Source of the DNA: Candidatus Nanopusillus sp.
GTDB lineage: Archaea; Nanobdellota; Nanobdellia; Nanobdellales; Nanobdellaceae
Assembly (NCBI GenBank): GCA_049414405.1
Contig: JBMSAQ010000028.1
Coordinates: forward strand, 1-10,698
Direction: 5' to 3'
Length of the DNA stretch: 10,698 nucleotides
Part shown: in pieces, positions 1 through 6,611 of the stretch
Position numbering within the stretch: the first letter of the stretch is position 1
How the letters are laid out: each line of letters begins with the position of its first letter
Translations under genes and position numbers: made by a program
Notes under the pieces: generated by a model
Told to the model about the DNA's origin: nothing
The model's input: the letters and a program-made list of their open reading frames with translations, nothing else
Databases searched by the model: none

Positions 1-342
1 ATTGAAAAAGAAGTAAAAGAATTTGAACCATACCAAATATATGGAGAGGGAAATAAGTTAATTGTTTCTTGGGGTTCAAATAAGATGCCAATATTAGAAT
101 CATTAAAATATTTAAAAGGTTGGAAATATTTGCATATATCTTATTTATCTCCATTTCCAAAAGAAATTAAATATTTATTAGAAGAATCAAGAGAAATAAT
201 ATCAATTGAACATAATCTAACAGGACAATTATCAAAATTGATAAAACAGGAATTGGGAATTGAAATTGAAAGTAAGTTATTAAAACATTCTGGAGAACCA
301 TTTTCAGTTAAGGAAATATTAAATTATGTAAAAAATCTATAA
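1..342 (+). CDS. 2-oxoacid:ferredoxin oxidoreductase alpha subunit, C-terminal fragment (5' end lies outside the window)
   Basis: Frame 1 is open from base 1 and reads IEKEVKEFEPYQIYGEGNKLIVSWGSNKMPILESL...YLSPFPKEI...IISIEHNLTGQLSKLIK. The pattern 'liVsWGS ... L.PFP ... vE.N.tGQL' is typical of domain II at the C-terminus of KorA/PorA-type alpha subunits. No beta-subunit gene follows. Confidence 0.8.
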   Translation: MEKEVKEFEPYQIYGEGNKLIVSWGSNKMPILESLKYLKGWKYLHISYLSPFPKEIKYLLEESREIISIEHNLTGQLSKLIKQELGIEIESKLLKHSGEPFSVKEILNYVKNL

Positions 343-356
343 ATATATAAAATATC

Positions 357-362
357 TTTTTT
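357..362 (+). terminator. Oligo-T tract (T6) about 15 nt after the oxidoreductase stop codon
   Basis: A TTTTTT run sits directly downstream of the stop at 340-342. Archaeal RNA polymerase terminates at oligo-T tracts. T runs are common in this AT-rich DNA, so this is weak evidence. Confidence 0.3.
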
Positions 363-406
363 AATATTTGGAATTTACTATGTATTAACAGGTTTGGAAT
401 TTAAAA

Positions 407-438
407 TAAATGATGATATAAAGATTTTTCATCATTTA
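407..438. repeat. Perfect 10-bp inverted repeat (TAAATGATGA / TCATCATTTA) with a 12-nt spacer
   Basis: Read directly: 407-416 taaatgatga, 429-438 tcatcattta. It lies between the oxidoreductase stop and the TATA-like box of the zinc-ribbon gene. Confidence 0.7.
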
Positions 439-457
439 GTAGTATATTTATGTTTCC

Positions 458-470
458 ATATTTAAAAATA
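458..470 (+). promoter_or_regulatory. TATA-like box (atatttaaaaata) for the zinc-ribbon gene
   Basis: It is centred about 28 nt upstream of the ATG at 493, with no SD in between. The same geometry recurs at most genes in the window. Confidence 0.4.
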
Positions 471-492
471 TTAAGATAAATATAAATACCAT

Positions 493-705
493 ATGGTAAA
501 ATATTGTCCAATGTGTGGTTCTCAAAATCCAGATAATGCAATGTTTTGTGTAGGATGTGGTTATAGATTTTCGCAGGTTGTACAACCAATACACCATGGG
601 CCACATATGCAACAACCAATGCAACAATACCCACAACAATACTATGTTCAGCCACAGTCAGTTCAATTTCGTCCCCCCCATCACCATATCCACCGAGTTA
701 TTTAA
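493..705 (+). CDS. Zinc-ribbon protein with a Q/P/Y-rich tail; probably the 5' part of a gene split at a C7 tract
   Basis: The N-terminus CPMCGSQNPDNAMFCVGCGYRF is the CxxC-(x11)-CxxC zinc-ribbon motif (zinc_ribbon_2-like). A QQPMQQYPQQYYVQPQ linker follows. After the C7 run the frame gives only HHHIHRVI and then a stop. Confidence 0.7.
   Translation: MVKYCPMCGSQNPDNAMFCVGCGYRFSQVVQPIHHGPHMQQPMQQYPQQYYVQPQSVQFRPPHHHIHRVI
673..679 (+). repeat. C7 homopolymer, candidate frameshift or indel site
   Basis: Seven consecutive C were read directly (cgt ccc ccc cat). This run is unusual in such AT-rich sequence. The -1 frame is open from 567 through to the stop at 1679. Confidence 0.95.
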
Positions 706-728
706 TCTATAATAGAAAATATTTTTCA

Positions 729-1679
729 ATGATAGCTGGAATATTTGCTGGATTGGCAATTATGTTTTTTGGATTGGGGGAAGTATTGTTCATAATTCAA
801 ATACTTAGTTCTGCTGGTGGCTATTTATCTGGTGAAGGATATGGACTTTTTGGTACAATGTTAGCAGCTTTTATTGTATCTATAATAATTGGAATTTTTG
901 TATTAATTTTTGGAATAAAGAAATCTTATTCTATTGCTAAAATAGCCGGGTTTATGATCTTTATATATTTTATAATGTTTTCAGTATTCTCATTTATAGC
1001 CCGACTTACTACTGAGGGTATTTTGTTAGTATTGGGATCAGCCTTTATACTCTTAGCAGTTATATTATCGGGAATTGGGGGTGGGGGAAGCAATTATATG
1101 CAAGACTATTTTCAACAATCTGCAGGTTATTATCCACAATATAGTCAATCATCAATTCCAATAGGGAAAGTAATAGGATATTCATTTGGATTGGTGGGAA
1201 TTATATTGACTTATCTAGGAATAAACGGGATTGTTGGCGCACTTTATAAAGTGATGAAAGTAGCCGGTAACTATCTGATTGCATCAATACTTTCATATTG
1301 GTTTTCAATTGAAAAATTTTATTTTGGCAATAATATTTTAGGTATGGTGGCTGGAATAATAGCAATGATTGGATTATTAATTTATGCTTTTTCAAAATCT
1401 TCAAATACGGCAAAGCATGTTGCTAATATTATATTAGAAGTCGGCTTAATACTCTTTGGTGTTGGACAAATAATAGTTGGAGCAGGTATAATTGCTAAAG
1501 GAGAATACCTTTCAGCAGCGTCGAATCTTCCAGAAGTAGTTTCAGCTTCCATATATATGATATATATTGGCGGTATTATAGCTCTAATAGCCGGAATATT
1601 TGCTATAATAGTTGCAATATTCTTCATGATAGAAGATATAATGAAAATGAGCGGAAAACTTGCCGAAGAAGCTATATAA
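729..1679 (+). CDS. Polytopic integral membrane protein; two blocks of about four TM segments joined by a G/Q/Y-rich linker
   Basis: A 316-aa ORF that is almost entirely hydrophobic helices, with a central GGGGSNYMQDYFQQSAGYYPQYSQSS linker. I recognised no family. Its reading frame is open for about 160 nt upstream of its first ATG. Confidence 0.75.
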   Translation: MIAGIFAGLAIMFFGLGEVLFIIQILSSAGGYLSGEGYGLFGTMLAAFIVSIIIGIFVLIFGIKKSYSIAKIAGFMIFIYFIMFSVFSFIARLTTEGILLVLGSAFILLAVILSGIGGGGSNYMQDYFQQSAGYYPQYSQSSIPIGKVIGYSFGLVGIILTYLGINGIVGALYKVMKVAGNYLIASILSYWFSIEKFYFGNNILGMVAGIIAMIGLLIYAFSKSSNTAKHVANIILEVGLILFGVGQIIVGAGIIAKGEYLSAASNLPEVVSASIYMIYIGGIIALIAGIFAIIVAIFFMIEDIMKMSGKLAEEAI

Positions 1680-1693
1680 TTGTAATTTAGATA

Positions 1694-1704
1694 TTTTTTA
1701 AAAA
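1694..1704. terminator. T6A5 tract between convergent genes, a possible bidirectional oligo-T terminator
   Basis: ttttttaaaaa lies in the 25-bp gap between the stop at 1679 (+) and the stop at 1705-1707 (-). It reads as an oligo-T run on both strands. Confidence 0.35.
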
Positions 1705-2166
1705 TCATAAATTGTTTTTCTTTTTATTTAGAATCTTTTTATCTTTTTCCCATTCTTCAATATCTCCATCAATAATATAAAATATTGGATTTGGTTCTAT
1801 TATTTTTTCATTTTTTATCTCTTCATATTTTTTATTATCCCTTACTTTAAGTTTTTCAAGTAGATGTTGAAATTCAAAATTTATTTGACCAATTGTTACT
1901 GGCATCTTTAAATGTAAATCATATTTAATTATTTTATTTTCATTAAAATCATATCCTCTATTCTTTCCTTCTAAATAAACGTAATATAAATATGTTCCTA
2001 TATAAAGTATAGGATCATCCGTTCTCTTGAATCTTACTAATTGTGGATGATTTTTATATCCTTTTGTTTTTCCTAACAATACTTTTTGAGCTAATAAACC
2101 TTCTCTCCATAGACCTAAGAGGCCGGGTTTATCTAAATATTTTGGATGTAAAGACCAGAGTCTCAT
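1705..2166 (-). CDS. Pyrimidine dimer DNA glycosylase, endonuclease V (Pyr_excise) family
   Basis: The N-terminus MRLWSLHPKYLDKPGLLGLWREGLLAQKVLLGKTKGYKNHPQLVRFK matches the conserved 'MRlWSLHPkYLD..GL.alWRE.LLAq.VL.G.T.GY.nHPQL.RF' signature I recall for this family. A TATA-like ataaataaaaata is centred about 27 nt upstream. Confidence 0.7.
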   Translation of the reverse strand: MRLWSLHPKYLDKPGLLGLWREGLLAQKVLLGKTKGYKNHPQLVRFKRTDDPILYIGTYLYYVYLEGKNRGYDFNENKIIKYDLHLKMPVTIGQINFEFQHLLEKLKVRDNKKYEEIKNEKIIEPNPIFYIIDGDIEEWEKDKKILNKKKNNL

Positions 2167-2352
2167 TTTATTTTAAGATGGTGATAGTATTTTTATTTAT
2201 TTATATTATGATGATTCTATATCAACATTATTTAATGATTCTATACTATAAGATCTTGAACTAATATTTGTTATATTTTCAGGATTTATTCTTAATACAT
2301 TAACATTATTATTACCCCTGCTATAAGTATTTGTAATATTATAATATATATT

Positions 2353-2613
2353 TCAATTATCTTGATCTACAATAAATGAAGGAACATATTGTATACTAAA
2401 TCCGTTTTGATAATATATATTTACCATAATCGTTGAATTTATCTTATTCAAATTACTGTTATTTTGATTATTTTGGACATTTTGATCTTGTACAGAAATA
2501 TAATATTGAGATGGGTTATAAATATTGTAATATTTAAATATTGAAGTTAAAATAAATATAACTCCAGCAAGAATTATGATAAATATTGGAAGATAATATC
2601 CTATAAAAAGCAT
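2353..2613 (-). CDS. Small hypothetical protein with an N-terminal TM anchor and an N/Q-rich segment
   Basis: 86-aa ORF with one clear hydrophobic helix (YYLPIFIIILAGVIFILTSIF) followed by QDQNVQNNQNNSNLN. No family recognised and promoter geometry is less clean than at other genes. Confidence 0.45.
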   Translation of the reverse strand: MLFIGYYLPIFIIILAGVIFILTSIFKYYNIYNPSQYYISVQDQNVQNNQNNSNLNKINSTIMVNIYYQNGFSIQYVPSFIVDQDN

Positions 2614-2681
2614 AAGACTATCAAAAATTTTTCCTCTAATTTATATTTATAATACTTAATTTAAATATAGATTTTTATAGA

Positions 2682-2690
2682 TTTTATAAA
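2682..2690 (+). promoter_or_regulatory. TATA-like box (ttttataaa) for the 2712 gene
   Basis: Centred about 26 nt upstream of the ATG at 2712, with no SD. Confidence 0.4.
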
Positions 2691-2711
2691 TTCTTATAAC
2701 AAAGTTACAAG

Positions 2712-3080
2712 ATGGAAATAAAAAACATAATTGGTTGGGTTGGAATGTTATTAGCCACTTTTTGGGCCGGAATACATATGTTAGTAGCTGGAGCAATAGC
2801 AATAAATGTATCTTTATTATTAGGAGCATTTGTAGGAATGTTTGTAGGATTATCTATAATATCTGGGTTAATATTCTTATTAAATTGGAGAAAATACTAT
2901 TTACCAAACATAATATTTTGGTTAATAATGTTATTAACATTAATTTTTGGATATGTTCATTACATTAGAAATGGTGATATAAATGCCTTATTTACAAATA
3001 CACTAGCTGGAATAACATTGGTAATAGATATAATAGAAACATTATTAGCACTTATTATTTGGAAAATTGATAGAGAATAA
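2712..3080 (+). CDS. Small integral membrane protein, about 4 TM segments, unknown function
   Basis: 122-aa ORF with four hydrophobic stretches (WVGMLLATFWAGIHMLVAGAI, LLLGAFVGMFVGLSIISGLIFLL, IIFWLIMLLTLIFGYV, LAGITLVIDIIETLLALIIW). Confidence 0.65.
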   Translation: MEIKNIIGWVGMLLATFWAGIHMLVAGAIAINVSLLLGAFVGMFVGLSIISGLIFLLNWRKYYLPNIIFWLIMLLTLIFGYVHYIRNGDINALFTNTLAGITLVIDIIETLLALIIWKIDRE

Positions 3081-3126
3081 TTTTTAATATATTTTGAATA
3101 TTAATTTTTTACTTTCTTCGTTTAAT

Positions 3127-3136
3127 TTATAAAAAT
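3127..3136 (+). promoter_or_regulatory. TATA-like box (tttataaaaa) for the HTH/coiled-coil gene
   Basis: Centred about 26 nt upstream of the ATG at 3157, with no SD. Confidence 0.45.
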
Positions 3137-3156
3137 TAATTTACAACCATATTGTT

Positions 3157-3801
3157 ATGGTGGATACTATTTCTACACAATCACAATCAGAAAAAATAGG
3201 TATAGATCCTAAAAACATACCATTAAATCCTATGGGAAAAAATGATATAAAAAAATTAGAAACATTTTTAATTATAGGAACCTTATATAGACCAGAAATA
3301 TCAGAATTGATAAAAGATCCTAATGAAAAATCTACATGGGTTGATAGTTTAGCAATTGCAGCAGCAGCCTATGCAAGATATAAAGCAGGAATGCCTATAA
3401 GTTTAATTGCAGATGAATTGGGAAGATCTGAAGAAACTATAAGAAACCACATTAGTGGAAAAACAAAGGCAAGTTCTCTTATAATAGATACGTATGAAAA
3501 ATTAAAATCTGGACAATTAAATTTAATAATATCATTTAATAGTTCTAAGGAACTAGAAGATCTAAAAAATCAAATAAAAAATTTAAGAGAAGAAATAGAA
3601 AAGTTAAGAAAAGAAAGAGACGATCTAAAAAATATCATAAATCAAAAAGATGAAATGATTAAAAATTTGCAAATAGAAATTGGCAAGATAAAATCCGATT
3701 TAGATAAAGTTAGTAAAGAAAAAGAAGAAATAATTAATAGATATAAATTATTACAGAACAAATTGTTGGAAATTAAAAGAATATTAGAGAATATTCAATA
3801 A
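3157..3801 (+). CDS. Putative DNA-binding protein: helix-turn-helix followed by a long C-terminal coiled coil
   Basis: Residues 81-100, ISLIADELGRSEETIRNHIS, fit the classical HTH pattern (Ala5, Gly9, Ile15) and resemble LuxR / sigma-70 region 4 helices. Residues ~128-214 (nt ~3538-3798) are heptad-like and K/E/L/I-rich (LEDLKNQIKNLREEIEKLRKERDDLKNI...). Confidence 0.65.
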   Translation: MVDTISTQSQSEKIGIDPKNIPLNPMGKNDIKKLETFLIIGTLYRPEISELIKDPNEKSTWVDSLAIAAAAYARYKAGMPISLIADELGRSEETIRNHISGKTKASSLIIDTYEKLKSGQLNLIISFNSSKELEDLKNQIKNLREEIEKLRKERDDLKNIINQKDEMIKNLQIEIGKIKSDLDKVSKEKEEIINRYKLLQNKLLEIKRILENIQ

Positions 3802-3921
3802 ATTTTTGATTAAATATCCAATATTAATTCTTTTAACTTCATATAAGTTTTTGTGAGATTTTTAAATGTCATTGACATATAATATATTTACTGTTATTAG
3901 ATGACTATCGAGATAGAAAAA

Positions 3922-3930
3922 TTTATAAAA
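3922..3930 (+). promoter_or_regulatory. TATA-like box (tttataaaa) with a purine-rich BRE-like upstream flank, for the Tat-signal gene pair
   Basis: Centred about 25 nt upstream of the ATG at 3951 and preceded by agaaaaa. No SD. Confidence 0.5.
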
Positions 3931-3950
3931 TGTTCTAATAATATTATTGT

Positions 3951-5078
3951 ATGGCACAAACCCAAAATACAGGACAAGATACGGTACAAATTACTAGAAG
4001 AAAGTTTTTAGAACTCGTAGCTGGTAGTGGAGTAGTTGCAGCAATTACGTCAACAATTATGTATTTTGGTTTATCTGGTATTTTTAAAGAAGGATCAAAA
4101 CAGTATACAACTAATCAAACATCACATATATCAAAATATGAACCAAGACAGGAAACTATAACTACAACATATACACAACCTCCAGCTACTAAAACAGTTA
4201 CAGAAACAGAAACAGTTACTAAGACAGTTACAAAGACAGAAACAGTTACAGAAACTACTACTAAAACGGTTACAGAAACTAGAACAGAAACTTTAACAAA
4301 ACCATCACCAACAACAACTACAACACAACGTCCAATAACTTTAGAAGAAATAGTATTTGGAAATAGTGATTTAGAATTTGTACCTTTAAAAGTATTAGAT
4401 GTGAAGGTAGTTGGCGGTAATGCGGAGCTATATGTAGAGAGTCCTCTTACAGAAAAAAAAACAAAAATTAAAATTTCTAAAGAATATTTATCGAGAGGTA
4501 ATATAAACATAGAAAAAATAGTTTCAGCAGTAAGAAAATATAATTCAGATAAAAAAAGTAATTATTCAGTATACTTTGTATTAGGAAGAGCAAACATAAA
4601 CGAAGCTATTAAGCATGGTGATACATGGAAACCAAATGCTCCTAGAATATATCATAGTATAATAATTTCAAAAAGAGATTGGAAAGATGTATATAATGCA
4701 TTAAAAAGTGTAAGAAGTAATGAAGCATTAGTATTAATGCCAACTTTATATAAGGGACCTTATTCAGATGCTTTTTGGGGAGGAAGTAATCAGCTAAAAA
4801 ACAAGGATGATGATAGTAATAGTGTAATAATAATATATCAAAATAAACAACAAGTAGATGAAGCAACAGATCTTGTTGAATTAGCTAGCTATATTTTAGG
4901 AAGACCAGGTGATAAAAATCCATCAGGAAGTGGAATTTTAATTGTAGCTACTATTGCAACAGCAAATTATAAAGGCACATATGATAATGGTGCTCCAATA
5001 GTTGCTGTAGATAAGTATAAGGGTACGTATATAGCATTTATACCTCAAAAAGGCAATCATCTCATCTCAAATTGGTAA
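3951..5078 (+). CDS. Tat-signal or N-terminally anchored extracellular protein with a Thr-rich stalk and an uncharacterised ~250-aa C-terminal domain
   Basis: The twin-arginine motif TRRKFLE (nt 3993-4013) is followed by the hydrophobic stretch LVAGSGVVAAITSTIMYFGL, then TKTVTETETVTKTVTKTETVTETTTKTVTETRTETLTKPSPTTTTT. I did not recognise the globular C-terminal domain. Confidence 0.8.
   Translation: MAQTQNTGQDTVQITRRKFLELVAGSGVVAAITSTIMYFGLSGIFKEGSKQYTTNQTSHISKYEPRQETITTTYTQPPATKTVTETETVTKTVTKTETVTETTTKTVTETRTETLTKPSPTTTTTQRPITLEEIVFGNSDLEFVPLKVLDVKVVGGNAELYVESPLTEKKTKIKISKEYLSRGNINIEKIVSAVRKYNSDKKSNYSVYFVLGRANINEAIKHGDTWKPNAPRIYHSIIISKRDWKDVYNALKSVRSNEALVLMPTLYKGPYSDAFWGGSNQLKNKDDDSNSVIIIYQNKQQVDEATDLVELASYILGRPGDKNPSGSGILIVATIATANYKGTYDNGAPIVAVDKYKGTYIAFIPQKGNHLISNW
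4188..4325 (+). repeat. Imperfect tandem repeats (ACAGTTACA GAA/AAG units) encoding a T-V-T-E/K Thr-rich linker
   Basis: Read directly: 46 codons in which Thr alternates with K/E/V. The antisense strand therefore yields a spurious V/S/T-rich ORF (4115-4510). Confidence 0.85.
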
Positions 5079-5091
5079 TTTTTTATATTAA

Positions 5092-6162
5092 ATGGTAAAT
5101 ATAAGTAGAAGAGATTTTTTAAAAGGGTTGGCTGGATTAGTTGGGGCTACTATTTTAGGAACTTTAATTTTTCAATATGGAATAAATAAAAGTTCATATG
5201 AAAATTTCCAAAATAATAAATTGAATGACTATTCAACAGAAATTTCAAATTTAGATTTACATAATAGTTCTTTCAATAATTTAATTAATCAACAATACTA
5301 TATATTTTGGAATGTTCCATGGGGACCGAATAATGGAATTTATAAATTATTAGATAAATATTTTCAGACTAATTCAACTATAACAGAAGGTGTTATAATA
5401 ACATTTGATAATAATTATAATCATTCTTTAGATCAAATATTACATTTCTATAAAAATAATAAAAATAATAAACCAATTTATATAAATTTGTTTGTTACAA
5501 CTGATAGAAATAGTATTACAGATTTATCACAATATGATCAAGATATTAAAGATTTTTTGAAATATTTATCAAATATTACTAATGGTGGAAAAAATATTGT
5601 TATTGGATTTAGTGAAATTAATGCAGTTCCAATAGAGCAGTTAGCATACTATTATTCCTTAATGAAAGAATATTTGCCAGAGTCAGAATTATTTTATTAT
5701 GTAGATATGGGAAATTCTAAAAGAATAACGAAATTATATAATTATTTGTTAAATAATTATGGAATAAGATTGGATATGGTTGGTTTAGAAGTATATGGAG
5801 ATTATATTTACAATAATGGAAATATTTCAATGAGTGAATATATGAAAAATATTATTATGAAATATAAGCAATTTGCAGATAAAAATAATGTTAAATTTTT
5901 TATAGGTGAATTGGGATTTAGAAATGGGGATTTAAAAGGTTATATAAGTTCCGGGGGTTTAGGATATTGGAATGGTCCTTCTGAAGAAGGATATCGAGCT
6001 ACAATAAAATATTATAAAAATATAATTAACCAATTACGTGATATGGGCATAGAAATAATTGGAATATATAATTGGAATGGATATTATGGTGATCCTTTTG
6101 GATTGTGGAATAATCCATATGTTAATGATTTAATAGAATATATGATTAATAATTCTAACTAA
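5092..6162 (+). CDS. Tat-signal secreted or anchored protein, possibly a (beta/alpha)8 clan GH-A-like glycoside hydrolase
   Basis: SRRDFLKG (nt 5104-5124) is a near-consensus Tat motif followed by a hydrophobic region. Candidate catalytic glutamates are E175 in IVIGFSEINA (nt 5614-5616) and E273 in FFIGELGF (nt 5908-5910), about 98 residues apart as in clan GH-A enzymes. There are several N-x-S/T sequons. The ORF is confident; the product call is tentative. Confidence 0.6.
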   Translation: MVNISRRDFLKGLAGLVGATILGTLIFQYGINKSSYENFQNNKLNDYSTEISNLDLHNSSFNNLINQQYYIFWNVPWGPNNGIYKLLDKYFQTNSTITEGVIITFDNNYNHSLDQILHFYKNNKNNKPIYINLFVTTDRNSITDLSQYDQDIKDFLKYLSNITNGGKNIVIGFSEINAVPIEQLAYYYSLMKEYLPESELFYYVDMGNSKRITKLYNYLLNNYGIRLDMVGLEVYGDYIYNNGNISMSEYMKNIIMKYKQFADKNNVKFFIGELGFRNGDLKGYISSGGLGYWNGPSEEGYRATIKYYKNIINQLRDMGIEIIGIYNWNGYYGDPFGLWNNPYVNDLIEYMINNSN

Positions 6163-6179
6163 GAATCAATATTGGAAGA

Positions 6180-6611
6180 TCATATAACTAATAATAATAA
6201 AGCAATAAACATTAATATACTAGCAATAGCTTTTTGAATTGTTATTTTTTCATTTAATATTAAGATACTTAATAAAATAACAAATAAAAGACTAGATTTA
6301 TCTACTATACTAACATTACTAGCTTCTCCAATTTTTAGTGCATAAAAGAAAGCTATCCAAGAGAAAGCACCAAATAAAGCACTCAATATTATAAATATAT
6401 AATCTTTATTAGATAGGTTGAATAGTGTATCTATATTTTTAATTTCTAACATAAATATAATAAATACAATAATCGCCATAATAATTGATCTAAGGGTTGT
6501 TACAGTAATAGAATTTAGTCCTTGTAACCCAATTTTGGCAAATATTGTAGAAAAAGCTGCAAATATTGCTCCTAATAAGGCATATATAAACCAGGTTGGT
6601 ATTGAGATCAT
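6180..6611 (-). CDS. EamA-like (DMT superfamily) single-domain small transporter
   Basis: 143 aa with five hydrophobic segments. WFIYALLGAIFAAFSTIFAKIGLQG...TLRSII and a later VDKSSLLFVILLSILILNEKIT motif are typical of half-size EamA-domain proteins. A TATA-like tttttaaattt is centred about 27 nt upstream on the minus strand. Confidence 0.8.
   Translation of the reverse strand: MISIPTWFIYALLGAIFAAFSTIFAKIGLQGLNSITVTTLRSIIMAIIVFIIFMLEIKNIDTLFNLSNKDYIFIILSALFGAFSWIAFFYALKIGEASNVSIVDKSSLLFVILLSILILNEKITIQKAIASILMFIALLLLVI

Noticed and set aside
401-655. Minus-strand ORFs 401-655 (84 aa) and 448-639 (63 aa)
   Set aside because: They lie antisense to a recognisable zinc-ribbon CDS and run across its promoter and the inverted repeat. 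The sequences have no motifs and look like mirror-frame artefacts.
1077-1087. G5-T-G5 run considered as a G-quadruplex seed
   Set aside because: Only two G tracts are present and a quadruplex needs four. The run simply encodes the GGGG glycine linker.
1201-1708. Minus-strand ORFs 1201-1413 and 1382-1708 inside the polytopic membrane gene
   Set aside because: They are fully nested antisense to a long, coherent TM-protein ORF. The hydrophobic I/A-rich translation is the expected shadow of a membrane-protein gene.
2043-2264. Plus-strand ORF 2043-2264 (73 aa)
   Set aside because: It overlaps the well-supported N-terminus of the glycosylase gene on the opposite strand and extends into that gene's promoter. 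No motif and AT-bias composition.
2205-2265. Possible C/D-box sRNA (UGAUGA at 2209-2215, second AUGAUU about 24 nt later, roughly 12-nt spacers)
   Set aside because: No CUGA D or D' box is present on either strand at the required positions, there is no terminal stem, and the GC content is not elevated as expected for a structured RNA in an AT-rich genome.
2735-2968. Alternative-frame ORF 2735-2968 (77 aa)
   Set aside because: It is nested out of frame within the 4-TM protein ORF, which starts at the correct distance from a TATA box and gives coherent TM helices.
4115-4510. Minus-strand ORF 4115-4510 (131 aa, V/S/T-rich)
   Set aside because: It is the antisense reading of the Thr-codon repeat (ACN becomes NGT = V/S/G/C). 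It is a repeat-driven artefact opposite a gene with a clear Tat signal.
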